Positions 46,561 through 56,670 of a DNA stretch of 64,000 nucleotides are shown here, piece after piece. Position 1 is the first letter of the stretch; every line of letters starts with the position of its first letter. The position numbers and the translations under genes are program-made. The notes under the pieces were generated by a model, which was not told where the DNA came from, made no database searches, and saw nothing but the letters and a program-made list of their open reading frames with translations. Source of the DNA: Candidatus Yonathbacteria bacterium RIFCSPLOWO2_01_FULL_47_33b (GTDB taxonomy: Bacteria > Patescibacteriota > Minisyncoccia > Phycocordibacterales > UBA1550); assembly GCA_001823575.1 (NCBI GenBank), contig MHUW01000001.1, forward strand, positions 12,909 through 76,908, written 5' to 3'.

Positions 46561-47957
46561 AAACTCAAAAAGAGACTCCTGATTCTTTGAATTATTGTTT
46601 GATTTTTAACCCGGGTGCCCTGCGCAGATTTATTTTGAGATTTTTCAATTACCTGCTCGTTTTTCTCGATAGTGGTACTAGTTGCCACATAGCTGTTTGG
46701 TACCTCAGTATTTTTCAAAGACGAACTAAGTTGTTCACATCCTGGAGTAAGATCACTGTAGATGCCGTAGTTGCCACACCTGGATTCGGTTTTTTTGGTA
46801 GTATTCGACGGTGATTTAATTGGCACGTTGTCTGATACCGCCGTGTCTTTGGGGCGCTCTGGTGACTTTATTTTGATCCCGGCTCTTCGTAGTAGTCCAC
46901 CCTGTGTCATTTCGGAGCTTTCTGGGGCCTTAACTTCCTGGATGCGAACCTCGCACTTGTCTGTGCCTTGATCCCATTCGTAGCCATCTATGCAGGTGCA
47001 ATTAACAAACTTGGGGACATCGTCGAGATAGTCTGTGCGTCTGTTTGTTGCACCAACCCCTGATTCAATTTTGCAGAACATTTCAATCGGGATACACTTA
47101 AATGGTGTTAGGGAGTCTGGCGCCATCCCCGGCTGGCATTGGCATTGATTTGAACTCCTGCTGTAGGCGCTATACGGCCCGTGTTCTTTGACGCAGGAGT
47201 TTTGTTGAGAATTCAATTCAACTTGCGCACTATTCCGAGCCTGTACCAGCAGTGATTGATAATAATCACTTTCTTTTTGCAGCCTAGCAATCTCGGCTTC
47301 TTTATCTGCAATGCTGTTTATTGCTTCGTTCTGTACGTTTATCCTACATTGATCATATTGCGTCTTGGCTGCCTGGTATGTGTCAATTTGAGTTCTACAG
47401 CTTGCTAGTTCATTTTTGCTCATTTCTGTACTAAGTAGTCCAGATCGACTATTTATGGCGTACTTACTGCTGTAGTCGCTTTCTGTAGAACACCCTACTG
47501 GTACCGGGTTAACGCACTTAGAAAAGATGGTATTCTGTTGCCTCAGTTCGTAAAGTCTTTTATCCACATCGCTTCTCTCTTTTTCAAGATTATTAAAATA
47601 TACTCCCTGCTCCTCAAGTAATTTCTCGGATTCACTTTTTATGGGTGTTGTAATAAAGACACGCTGGAGCGAGTCAGGATTTAATGTTTTGAGTAAAGAA
47701 TCTTCGTCGTTCGAAGTTTTGATATTGTAGTAATTTGATAAGTAAGTTTCTTCGTTCCCTGTAGCAGTTTTTCCTGTGTACGGATTGGTATTTCCTGGGA
47801 AGCTGTAATTATTGAACGGGTTTGAATCTGGGTCAGATCGATAGTAGGAGTCTACAAAATTAGCGGCAAGAGACAGGTTTGGTACGCCAATTAAAAAAAT
47901 ACCTAACGCGAGACCTACGATATTTTTTTTGTTTTTAGTCATATGATTTTTGATCAA
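46551..47957 (-). CDS. Secreted Cys-rich, coiled-coil hypothetical protein
   Basis: Signal peptide; NNYS.PGN.NPYTGK motif; EGF-like C.C..G repeats. Confidence 0.75.
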   Translation of the reverse strand: MIKNHMTKNKKNIVGLALGIFLIGVPNLSLAANFVDSYYRSDPDSNPFNNYSFPGNTNPYTGKTATGNEETYLSNYYNIKTSNDEDSLLKTLNPDSLQRVFITTPIKSESEKLLEEQGVYFNNLEKERSDVDKRLYELRQQNTIFSKCVNPVPVGCSTESDYSSKYAINSRSGLLSTEMSKNELASCRTQIDTYQAAKTQYDQCRINVQNEAINSIADKEAEIARLQKESDYYQSLLVQARNSAQVELNSQQNSCVKEHGPYSAYSRSSNQCQCQPGMAPDSLTPFKCIPIEMFCKIESGVGATNRRTDYLDDVPKFVNCTCIDGYEWDQGTDKCEVRIQEVKAPESSEMTQGGLLRRAGIKIKSPERPKDTAVSDNVPIKSPSNTTKKTESRCGNYGIYSDLTPGCEQLSSSLKNTEVPNSYVATSTTIEKNEQVIEKSQNKSAQGTRVKNQTIIQRIRSLFLSFWW

Positions 47958-48172
47958 TTAAGAAAGATTTAGGCAGACAAAGGCATACAAAAAGCCCGCC
48001 ACGGGTCTCCGGCGTTTCCGCCAGACACGCAAGTTTCCCTGCGCGGCCGATCAAGCAACCCCATGACGGGTTTTTTATGCTTGATCGGGCTTTTTCGCCA
48101 TGCCACCGATTGCTCGATGGTTTAGGCTACTTCTTTATTCAGTTGTGCTAAAATTGTAGCACAGAGCTGATT

Positions 48173-48910
48173 ATGAAAAAAGGGCTGAGTAATTATGATA
48201 AAGCGAAAGAGATTCATCGGCTTGCCGTGCAGCGTGTTTCCTTTAAGCAAGATCTAGCCGTTTTTGTAAAAAAATTTAGTGTTCCCCAAGAGCCTAAATA
48301 CTCAAAAGGACAAATTCAAGAGTGGTTGCTATCTGCCTACGAATCCGCGGTTTATCAGTTCTATGCACCACGTGGGTTAAAGATACCAATCAAATACAAA
48401 AAACTTCCAGGGAAAGAGTACATTTCTGAACGTATGAAGTTTCTCAGGAGGTATGGTTTTTCAGTAGCAATGGATGGAGGGGTAATGGATGAAATTTTAG
48501 TTGGTGAAACCCCAGCTTATGAGTGTTTTGAAATTGAACCACCCTCTGAGAAAGATGAAAAAGATCTCGGAAGACGTGTTTTGAAGATTGTTGTGTATGA
48601 GGGGGCAACAGAGAAAGGATTGATTAGATATATTGAAAGAGAATGGAAATGGATGAAGGCACACCTTAAAGGTAAAATTAAGGCGGTTCGCTCGCGGACT
48701 ACAGAGAGTAAAAAACGACACCAGCTTGTTCAGGAACATATGGACAAAAGCTTGAGTGAGCTGAAGAAAGAGTTAGGGATTGCAGAAAATGCGCGCTCTT
48801 CTAAAGAGGCTTTGGTTTCTAGGATTTTGAAGGAGAACCATAGAATTAAACTTTCCGCAGATAGTTTAAGAAAAACAGTTTCTCGCCAGAGTAAACTCAA
48901 AAATGGGTGA
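48173..48910 (+). CDS. Hypothetical basic protein (island)
   Basis: 245-aa ORF; possible C-terminal HTH. Confidence 0.65.
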   Translation: MKKGLSNYDKAKEIHRLAVQRVSFKQDLAVFVKKFSVPQEPKYSKGQIQEWLLSAYESAVYQFYAPRGLKIPIKYKKLPGKEYISERMKFLRRYGFSVAMDGGVMDEILVGETPAYECFEIEPPSEKDEKDLGRRVLKIVVYEGATEKGLIRYIEREWKWMKAHLKGKIKAVRSRTTESKKRHQLVQEHMDKSLSELKKELGIAENARSSKEALVSRILKENHRIKLSADSLRKTVSRQSKLKNG

Positions 48911-49002
48911 CATTTATTTCTCAGGGAATAAATGCCCTGAGTAAAAATTTACAGCTGGGGTACCGTAGAGTCATACCTACGGTATTTTCATTATCAATTT
49001 GT

Positions 49003-49386
49003 ATGACTGCTAAAGATAACCCAAAGAAAAGAAAGTTGAGTCCTCAGCAGGAACTTTTTTGTCTCTTGTATGTAAAGGACAAAGAGTGCTTTAGTAACGC
49101 TACTAGGGCGTACGTGCGCGCATATGACGTCAAGTCAAATCAGGTTGATTCTGCGCGAAAATCCAGTTCCAGGTTGTTGATAAATGTAGACATCGCAAAA
49201 AGGATTGCTTCCATACTCGATGGGTGTCTTGATCGCGAGATTGTTGATCGTGAACTCTCTAAGATTATCTTGCAGGATTTCGATCTGTCAGCAAAGGTTG
49301 CTGGCATCCGTGAATATAATAGGATTCGCAGTCGTATCACCGACAGACTTGAAGGGAACTTCACATTTTCATGGGAGGGGGAGTAG
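49003..49386 (+). CDS. Terminase small subunit-like protein
   Basis: LSPQQELFCLLY....NATRAY.RAY......A...SRLL....I..RI resembles the TerS N-terminal HTH. Confidence 0.7.
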   Translation: MTAKDNPKKRKLSPQQELFCLLYVKDKECFSNATRAYVRAYDVKSNQVDSARKSSSRLLINVDIAKRIASILDGCLDREIVDRELSKIILQDFDLSAKVAGIREYNRIRSRITDRLEGNFTFSWEGE

Positions 49387-49397
49387 GGACTATTTTT

Positions 49398-49610
49398 ATG
49401 AGAGAGGTCCTGCAACAAGAAGGTGGATACGGAATGTCCGTAGAGGAATGCCAGATCTATCTGGGAGATTTAAATTTTCCTGATAAGCAAATCGAAGAAA
49501 CAAGAGACATTCTCTATGCTTTTGTGGAACAAGTGCTAGACTATGTTATTGAAGAAGGTCTTGTTAGTGACAAAGAAAAAACATGTCTACCAGTCGCAAA
49601 AATAAAGTAA
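49398..49610 (+). CDS. Small hypothetical protein overlapping the recombinase start
   Basis: MSVEEC...L....F.D..IEE.RD.LY; possible directionality factor (inference). Confidence 0.5.
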   Translation: MREVLQQEGGYGMSVEECQIYLGDLNFPDKQIEETRDILYAFVEQVLDYVIEEGLVSDKEKTCLPVAKIK

Positions 49611-51199
49611 TAAAAACAATTCATGCTGGACCGCGGGTTGCCTTGCTCTACTGCCGTGTGTCGTCAGATAGGCAAGCTAGTGAGGGACACGGGCTAGATA
49701 GTCAGGAGCATCGCTGTCGCGAGTACGCTACTTCAAAAGGTTATAAAGTTGAAAGAGTTTTTCGAGACAGTGTCTCTGGTGGAGGAGATTTTATGGTCCG
49801 CCCAGCAATGTCAGACTTGATCAAGTATCTTGATGACAGGCCATTCACACAATACGTCATCATTTTCGATGATTTAAAACGGTTCGCTAGGGATACACAA
49901 TTCCACATTAAATTGCGTACAGCACTGAAAGCACGCGATGCAAAGCCTGAGTGTCTTAATTTTAATTTTGAGGACACTCCAGAGGGTGAGTTTATTGAAA
50001 CAATCCTTGCTGCGCAGGGACAACTTGAGAGACAGCAGAACAAGCGACAAGTGTCGCAAAAGATGAAAGCTCGCCTTGATTCAGGGTATTGGACGTTCTT
50101 CCCACCTCCTGGGTATGACCACCCAAAGGATTCGCTACACGGGAAACTTTTGACTCCTAACTCGAAAGCAGAAATAATTAGAGAAGCATTTGAAGGGTTT
50201 GCTTCTGGTAGGTTTAGAGAGCAGGTAGATGTACAGAAGTTTCTGCGCTCAAAAAATATGCAGGGTAATCGTCCAGTGTATTTGGAATATGTAAAAAGAT
50301 TACTGAGCAGAGTTGTCTATGCCGGATATATAGAGTACGAGCCATGGGGTGTGGCAAGGAGAATGGGCCACCATCAGGCGATTATTTCCATCGAAACTTT
50401 TGAAAAGGCGCAAGAAAAACTAGGAGGAAGGCATTATTCTCGCTCTGTTGATAATGAGGATTTCCCGCTCAGGGGTCTAGTTGCCTGTTTAAAGTGTCAG
50501 CGCTCTATGACCGCTGGGTGGTCAAAAGGGAGAAACAAAAGCTACCCATACTACAAATGTCAGAAAACCTGTGTTTCTTACTATGGCAAAGATGTTCGTA
50601 AAGAGCGTATAGAAAAAGAGTTCCACGAACTACTTCAAAAGTGTACACCAAAACAAGAGGTCATCAGGCTTACAGAAGCGATCTTCAAAGATGCTTGGAA
50701 CAGAAGACTTAATAACCAAAAGAGCGTTTTTGAGGGCTATAATCGTCAACAGGTGGCACTAGAGAAGGAAAAGGGGGAAGTTGTCGACAAGATCGTGAAA
50801 ACCCAAAATGAGGCTGTTATGAGAGCTCTTGAAGGTAAGGTGCAAACGATTGACTCGGAGATCTTGAGAATAGAGGAAAACAAAAAGAAAAAGATAGACC
50901 CAGAAAAGTATGGAACCGCCCTGGATGTGGTCTTCGGTATTATAAAAAAACCAGCAGTTGCTTGGGAAAACGGAAATTATAAAGGGAAAAGGCTCGTTAC
51001 AAAACTCGTATGTACCAAAAATCCGGTCTATGACCGGATTGAAGGATATGGAACCACTGAAATGTCAGACGGCATAAAGCTTTTTGAGCTAGTTCAGGCT
51101 AATGGTTCCCTTGATGTGGAGATGGGGGGAATCGAACCCCCGTGCAGACGATGTTCTGGTAAGAGCCTACTATGCGTAGAAGACTTCTGTTTGTTTTAA
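49583..51199 (+). CDS. Large serine recombinase (resolvase + recombinase + Zn ribbon)
   Basis: YCRVSS..Q, RP.M..L, D...RFAR, PPGY, C.KC..YY.C; last 26 aa read antisense through the tmRNA. Confidence 0.93.
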   Translation: MSTSRKNKVIKTIHAGPRVALLYCRVSSDRQASEGHGLDSQEHRCREYATSKGYKVERVFRDSVSGGGDFMVRPAMSDLIKYLDDRPFTQYVIIFDDLKRFARDTQFHIKLRTALKARDAKPECLNFNFEDTPEGEFIETILAAQGQLERQQNKRQVSQKMKARLDSGYWTFFPPPGYDHPKDSLHGKLLTPNSKAEIIREAFEGFASGRFREQVDVQKFLRSKNMQGNRPVYLEYVKRLLSRVVYAGYIEYEPWGVARRMGHHQAIISIETFEKAQEKLGGRHYSRSVDNEDFPLRGLVACLKCQRSMTAGWSKGRNKSYPYYKCQKTCVSYYGKDVRKERIEKEFHELLQKCTPKQEVIRLTEAIFKDAWNRRLNNQKSVFEGYNRQQVALEKEKGEVVDKIVKTQNEAVMRALEGKVQTIDSEILRIEENKKKKIDPEKYGTALDVVFGIIKKPAVAWENGNYKGKRLVTKLVCTKNPVYDRIEGYGTTEMSDGIKLFELVQANGSLDVEMGGIEPPCRRCSGKSLLCVEDFCLF

Positions 51200-51524
51200 G
51201 CACTATATATCAAAAGTATTCTAAATTATATAGTACCGATGCTCTATGTTTTTTCACTTGGTAGAGTCATTCAAAGTGATGAGCCCTCATTTTATATCAC
51301 CCGCGACTACCTAGAGGGCGTACGAAGCGCGAATGCTGTTTAGGCTACGAGAGCGTAAGCAGGAGTAAAGGCGTTCGCCGTAAAATACGGAGAAACTGAT
51401 GCCTTTACTTTTGCAACGAGGTTGTTTTTTGCAACGAGGTTGGTGTTCGAGATTTAACGAGTTCTCGAGCATTCTCGGCATAGCACCGACCAGAGTTGAT
51501 CGCCTGTCTAGGCCGATCATCCCC
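51117..51524 (-). ncRNA. ssrA: tmRNA
   Basis: 5' GGGGATG pairs with 3' CATCTCC-A; T arm GGGGGTTCGATTCCCCC; tag ORF ending YALVA*; downstream of smpB. Confidence 0.92.
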
Positions 51525-51534
51525 ATATATTGTT

Positions 51535-51660
51535 TTGCAAACCTCTTTTCTCGATGAGCGTTTTTGAGGACACGCATATTTTTCTGCTGAAAAATTGCTC
51601 TGCTCGTCGCCGAGCTCCTGCGCAAGGTCTCAAAAACGCTCATCTCGACGAGGTTTGCAA
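51535..51660. repeat. Hairpin element between smpB and ssrA, core shared with 7932-8023
   Basis: TTGCAAACCTC/GAGGTTTGCAA and GATGAGCGTTTTTGAG/CTCAAAAACGCTCATC arms. Confidence 0.7.
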
Positions 51661-51721
51661 GCTTTTATTCTGTTTTCAATGTTACCGAGCTTGTCCGCCA
51701 AAGTTTTTTCTACGAAAAATT

Positions 51722-52168
51722 TTAGCGGGCGAGTTTGATATCTCTCATGATATCGCGCTCGGACTCACGCTTCTTCAGGGTCTCGCGTTTGTCGTGGGCT
51801 TTTTTGCCTCGCACCACCGCGATTTCTACCTTGAGCTTGCGACCCTTATTATACACTGCGATGGGCACTATTGTCAAGCCTTTTTGTGACTCTTTGGCGC
51901 TCAGTTCCGCTATCTCGTCCTTGGTCAGGAGGAGACGGCGGTGCCGTACAGGCTCGTAGCTTTTTGGGGTATTGCCAGCCTGGTAAGGGTTGATGGTCGC
52001 ACCGATAAGGAACGCCTCACCACCGCGCACTGTCACATGCGAGCCCTCGAGCGAACCGCGTTTTGCGCGGATAGCCTTTACCTCGACACCCAAAAGCTCG
52101 ATACCCGCCTCAAATCGCTCGAGTATTTCAAAGTTGAAATGTACCTTTTTATTGTCGATAAGCGACAT
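51722..52168 (-). CDS. smpB: SsrA-binding protein
   Basis: EAGIELLG.EVKAIR, R.LLL.K.EI, GKK.HDKRE. Confidence 0.97.
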   Translation of the reverse strand: MSLIDNKKVHFNFEILERFEAGIELLGVEVKAIRAKRGSLEGSHVTVRGGEAFLIGATINPYQAGNTPKSYEPVRHRRLLLTKDEIAELSAKESQKGLTIVPIAVYNKGRKLKVEIAVVRGKKAHDKRETLKKRESERDIMRDIKLAR

Positions 52169-52268
52169 AGGGACATTCTAGCAGTCGGGGAGGGTTGTTG
52201 ACAAGAGGCACGAAAGGTGCTATACTTGTTTTTGGTGGTACAAACATCGTGAATGAAAGGGGGTCGCA

Positions 52269-52403
52269 TTGGAAATACTCAAAAGTATGCTCAAAAAGGT
52301 TTGCCGGTGTTTCAAGCGGAAAAATAAGAATCGTGAATTTCCCGGCATGGTAAGGGTGGATTGCCACAACCCTGTTGATGGAACAGCGGCAACGACCGAA
52401 TAA
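52269..52403 (+). CDS. Putative 44-aa small protein
   Basis: Promoter TTGACA(52198)-17-TATACT(52221), AAGGGGG RBS, TTG start, terminator at 52419-52444. Confidence 0.45.
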   Translation: MEILKSMLKKVCRCFKRKNKNREFPGMVRVDCHNPVDGTAATTE

Positions 52404-52471
52404 AAAAAGAAAAATTCAAAGCCCTGCATCGCGGGGCTTTTTTGTTGCATAAAATCCTCGTTCCCTATATG

Positions 52472-52541
52472 GTATACCCCCACACCTACTTTTCACCCTC
52501 TTCATTTTTATGCTATGAAAAAAGTAGGTGTGGGGGTATAC
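52472..52541. mobile_element. MITE-like element, 22-bp inverted repeats related to 19424-19558
   Basis: GTATACCCCCACACCTACTTTT ... AAAAGTAGGTGTGGGGGTATAC. Confidence 0.6.
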
Positions 52542-52566
52542 TGACTTTTATATAAACAAATACATT

Positions 52567-54522
52567 ATGGCGAACAACAAAAAAGACAAAAAAGAGCAGA
52601 AAAATACTGCCGGCAAAAACAAAGGACCTCTTGGGAAGCTTCCGGAGGGGTTACCGACGATGCCCACGGGCGGACAATTTCTTTCGAACATCATCACCGC
52701 AGTACTCGTCTTTCTCATCATCGCAACGCTGTATTCGATGATCTCGGAGAACAAGAGTAAGGTCGAAGAAGTGGCAATTTCAAAACTTGCGCAGGATATT
52801 TCTGCAGGACAAGTAAAGAGCTTGCTCGTTGAGGGAGGTATGGTAAATGCCGAATACGCCGATGGCTCAAAGAAAAAGTCCAAGAGGGAAGTTGATGCGT
52901 CGCTTTCGGAGACACTCGTGAATTATGGCGTGACGTCGGACAAGATTGCCTCGGTAATCATCGAGGTCAAGAGTGAGAGCGGGCTCCGTTACTGGGCACT
53001 CAATCTCTTGCCGTTCCTGTTGCCACTCTTCCTTATTATTTTCTTTTTCTGGTTCCTCTCACGACAGGTCAAAGGGGCTGGCATGCAGGCTTTTAGTTTT
53101 GGGCAGTCAAAAGCACGCATCATCGACCCAAACGACGCAGGACAAAAGGTGACCTTCAAAGATGTTGCTGGTGCAAAGGAAGCAAAAGAAGAGCTTGTGG
53201 AAATTGTAGACTTCCTCCGCAGTCCGCAAAAGTTTTTAGATATCGGCGCACGCATTCCCAAGGGTGTGCTTTTGATGGGTGCTCCGGGTACCGGCAAGAC
53301 ACTTCTTGCACGCGCGGTAGCGGGGGAGGCAGGCGTGCCGTTCTTTCATCTCTCAGGCTCGGAGTTTGTTGAGATGTTTGTAGGTGTCGGTGCTTCGCGT
53401 GTGCGAGACCTTTTCAAGATGGCAAAGAAAGCTGCACCCGCAATTATCTTTGTGGATGAGATTGATGCCGTTGGCCGCGTGCGTGGAGGAGGTACGGGCG
53501 GTGGTAATGATGAGCGCGAGCAAACCTTGAACCAAATCCTTGTGGAGATGGACGGTTTCGAGCCTTCAGAAAAAGTTATTGTGATGGCCGCAACGAACCG
53601 CCCTGATGTTTTGGACCCTGCGCTTTTACGCCCTGGTCGTTTTGACCGTCGTGTGACCCTCGAGCTTCCTGACCGCGAAGGTCGCGAAGAAATCCTCGCG
53701 ATTCACGCTCGCAAGAAGCCTCTGGGTGAGGATATCAATTTGAAAGTCATTGCAGAGCGTACACCAGGATTTTCAGGTGCCGACCTGTACTCACTCATGA
53801 ACGAGGGCGCAATCCTCGCAGCACGTGAAGCCCGAAAGACCGTGGCGCAGTTTGATCTCATTCGTGCGATTGAAAAGGTAATGCTCGGGCCCGAGCGCAA
53901 GAGCCACATCCTTTCGACACAGGAGAAAAAGATTACTGCCTACCACGAGGCTGGTCACGCACTTGTCGCATCGGTGCTTCCGCACGCAGATCCCGTGCAC
54001 AAGATTTCAATTATTGCGCGCGGGCATGCGGGCGGGTACACCTTGAAGCTTCCTCTTGAGGAACGTCGCCTCCAATCAAAGAAAGAATTTTTGGATGACA
54101 TTGCAATGTCACTCGGCGGATATGTTGCCGAGGAGATGGTGTTTGGTGATATTACGACAGGGCCTTCGAATGACCTGCAGGTTGCGACCGCGCTTGCTCG
54201 CGACATGGTGACGAAATATGGGATGTCAGATAAATTGGGGCCCGTAGCACTCGAAGGTTCGGGTGGCCGCACGCTCTTTGGGCGCGGGATAGAAGGCCGC
54301 GAATACTCCGAGGATATGTCCGCAAAGATTGACGCGGAGGTTTCAAAAATAATGAATGAAGGTTTTGCCCGTGCCCGCGAGGCTTGCACCACGCACCGCA
54401 AAGCCCTCAACGCTATTGCTGACGAACTCGTGATACAAGAATCCATCGAACGTGAAGAATTTGAAAAAATCCTCATCGCCAACGGCATTATGCCAAAGAG
54501 AAAGGAAGAGAAGGTAATATAA
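52567..54522 (+). CDS. ftsH: ATP-dependent zinc metalloprotease FtsH
   Basis: [39 protein letters not shown]. Confidence 0.98.
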   Translation: MANNKKDKKEQKNTAGKNKGPLGKLPEGLPTMPTGGQFLSNIITAVLVFLIIATLYSMISENKSKVEEVAISKLAQDISAGQVKSLLVEGGMVNAEYADGSKKKSKREVDASLSETLVNYGVTSDKIASVIIEVKSESGLRYWALNLLPFLLPLFLIIFFFWFLSRQVKGAGMQAFSFGQSKARIIDPNDAGQKVTFKDVAGAKEAKEELVEIVDFLRSPQKFLDIGARIPKGVLLMGAPGTGKTLLARAVAGEAGVPFFHLSGSEFVEMFVGVGASRVRDLFKMAKKAAPAIIFVDEIDAVGRVRGGGTGGGNDEREQTLNQILVEMDGFEPSEKVIVMAATNRPDVLDPALLRPGRFDRRVTLELPDREGREEILAIHARKKPLGEDINLKVIAERTPGFSGADLYSLMNEGAILAAREARKTVAQFDLIRAIEKVMLGPERKSHILSTQEKKITAYHEAGHALVASVLPHADPVHKISIIARGHAGGYTLKLPLEERRLQSKKEFLDDIAMSLGGYVAEEMVFGDITTGPSNDLQVATALARDMVTKYGMSDKLGPVALEGSGGRTLFGRGIEGREYSEDMSAKIDAEVSKIMNEGFARAREACTTHRKALNAIADELVIQESIEREEFEKILIANGIMPKRKEEKVI

Positions 54523-54573
54523 AGGTACACAAAAACCTCTCAGTGAATATCACTGAGAGGTTTTTGTGTACCT
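54523..54573. terminator. 24-bp-stem hairpin/terminator after ftsH
   Basis: AGGTACACAAAAACCTCTCAGTGA-ATA-TCACTGAGAGGTTTTTGTGTACCT. Confidence 0.8.
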
Positions 54574-54828
54574 GTGGATAACACGCGGTACTTTATTGCA
54601 TGCAAAAGGTGTACACTGTGCAGTAGTATGAATAATAAAACAGAAGGACTACTGTCATTCGGGGGGGGGGGCAGTAAAGGAAGAAATAATAAAATGAAGC
54701 GACTCTCACCGTCTGCGACACTCTTGTTGGTTATTTCACCGATGGTTTTCGCGGCGGCATAGCTGAGTATTCAAGAGTTTAGCCATCAAACGAATATTGC
54801 GTTTGACCGACGGGGGTCGGTTGCTATA

Positions 54829-56670
54829 TTGGGAGCGTCACTCGTTCATGCAAAGTTTGACAATGTCGTTGATGTTGGCACTTCTCTCGCTTCGCGTGCG
54901 CGAGTGTATCAAAATATAGAGAAAGGTGACTGGGATGGGGCTATGAAAAGTCTCGAAGGGACACCGCCGGACTTTCCCTATATTGATACGGTCTCGTTTC
55001 TTGATAACAAAGGGATACTGAAGGCTATCATCTCGCCGAATCCTGAGATAATTGGAAAAAATTTCGCCTATCGCGACTACTACCAAGGGGTGAGTAAGGA
55101 CTGGAGACCATACGTCTCGGCAGCATTTACGTCAGTTATCGCTCCGAAGCACAATATCATTACTGTGAGTGTGCCCGTAAAGTCGCTTGAGCAAAAAGTT
55201 CTCGGGATTCTCGTGTTTGCGGTTAACCTAGACGCCGTTGTCAGATGGAGCAAGGACATCAATATCGTGGCTGGCGGGTTTATCTATGTTGTTGATAAAA
55301 ATGGGATATTGGTAGCACATCCTAATTTGAATGTAGGCGGTGATCTAATAGATTATTCTTCCGACACTACCGTTCAAAAGATCCTCAGAGGGGAACATGG
55401 CGTTGAGGTGGTCCAGAATTCTATTGAGAACGAGGAGCAGGTAGTTGCGTACGCTCCTGTACAGGACTATGGGTTTGGTGTTGCGGTAGTACAGCAGACC
55501 CGTGTTGCTTTTGCCGAACGAAACCATCAAGCCGTAGAATTTGCCATAATCTGGGTACTCCTTATACTCATCACCAGTTTCTCTTTTTATCGCATATTGC
55601 AAAGCAGGACTGCGGTCAAGGCCCAGCGAGATCGTGAGCGAACCTTGCTTGAGAGCATAGGGGATGGTGTTGTTGCGATTGATCGCGATTGGCGTATTAC
55701 TCTATGGAACAAGGCGGCAAGTACGATTACCGGATGGAGTAAGGAGGAAGCGCTTGGTCAGCCACTTCGTGCCATTATAAAATTTATTCGTGAACGCGAC
55801 CGTAAGGAAAATATTGCGTTTATTGAAGATACGATGGTTTCAGGGAACCCTTCTTCTATGGAAGCAGGTACTCTTTTGATAAAGAAAGATGGAAGTGAAG
55901 TCGTAGCTGGCGACAGTGTATCACCCCTCGTTGGAACGAGCGGGAATATAGAGGGGGCCGTTATCGTTTTTCGGGATGCGTCCAAAGAGCGCGAGTCGAT
56001 GCACCTTCGTTCGGACTTCGCCTACGCATCACATCAGTTACGGACACCGGTCACCGAGGCGGTATGGAATCTTGAAACAGCGATGACCGCGCAGTCTCCA
56101 GAAAAAAGACAGGAATTTATGTGGATTGCTCACCATGCATTGATGAGTGTCAAAGCTCTTGCGGAGCATTTGGTGAAGGTATCAGAAATCGACCAAGGTG
56201 ACATTATGGCACAGAAAGCAACCGTAAAACTTGTAGATTTGTTTACCGAGTTGGAGCATGATTTGGAATACAAGGTAAACGTGTGCAAGGTGGCACTCGT
56301 GATTGAGCCGATGTCTCACCTGATAGCAGTCAAAACAGATCCAAAATTATTGAAGAAAGCCCTTTTTGAAATCATTGAAAATGCGGTGATCTATAGTAGG
56401 GAGAATACGGAAGTGAAGGTTGTGGCGACCTTGGAAGAGAAAGACCTGCTCGTTAAGGTCACTGATGTGGGGGTTGGAATTACCGATGAAGAACAAGCGA
56501 TTATTTTCACCAAGTTTTTTAGAGGAAGCAACCGCCCGTCGGGTGTTCCTGGCTCTGGTCTGGGGCTTTACATTGCGAAAGAATATATCAAACTACTCGG
56601 TGGTAAAATCTGGTTCACTTCAGAAGAAGGCAAGGGGACGACGTTTTATGTTTCGGTGCCAGTTGAATAG
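54829..56670 (+). CDS. Sensor histidine kinase (dCache-PAS-HisKA-HATPase); true N-terminus probably from 54628/54694, cut by TAG at 54760
   Basis: RDYY, YVVD..G..VAHP, PAS, SHQLRTP, ENA..Y, D.G.GI, GSGLGL. Confidence 0.88.
   Translation: MGASLVHAKFDNVVDVGTSLASRARVYQNIEKGDWDGAMKSLEGTPPDFPYIDTVSFLDNKGILKAIISPNPEIIGKNFAYRDYYQGVSKDWRPYVSAAFTSVIAPKHNIITVSVPVKSLEQKVLGILVFAVNLDAVVRWSKDINIVAGGFIYVVDKNGILVAHPNLNVGGDLIDYSSDTTVQKILRGEHGVEVVQNSIENEEQVVAYAPVQDYGFGVAVVQQTRVAFAERNHQAVEFAIIWVLLILITSFSFYRILQSRTAVKAQRDRERTLLESIGDGVVAIDRDWRITLWNKAASTITGWSKEEALGQPLRAIIKFIRERDRKENIAFIEDTMVSGNPSSMEAGTLLIKKDGSEVVAGDSVSPLVGTSGNIEGAVIVFRDASKERESMHLRSDFAYASHQLRTPVTEAVWNLETAMTAQSPEKRQEFMWIAHHALMSVKALAEHLVKVSEIDQGDIMAQKATVKLVDLFTELEHDLEYKVNVCKVALVIEPMSHLIAVKTDPKLLKKALFEIIENAVIYSRENTEVKVVATLEEKDLLVKVTDVGVGITDEEQAIIFTKFFRGSNRPSGVPGSGLGLYIAKEYIKLLGGKIWFTSEEGKGTTFYVSVPVE

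Larger units (their letters stand above)
43355..51120. mobile_element. ~7.8-kb genomic island integrated at the tmRNA 3' end via a large serine recombinase
   Basis: TGTGGA core at 43355-43360 and 51115-51120; removal restores the hairpin CATCTCCA...TGGAGATG; cargo looks AT-richer than flanks. Confidence 0.75.

Noticed and set aside
51311-51643. 110-aa minus-strand ORF
   Set aside because: Overlaps the tmRNA and a hairpin element in a non-tag frame.
31680-54762. Genome-wide TAG recoding or amber suppression to explain two in-frame TAG codons
   Set aside because: rpsJ, rplX and rplO end normally at TAG, and no tRNA with a CUA anticodon in the correct position is visible.
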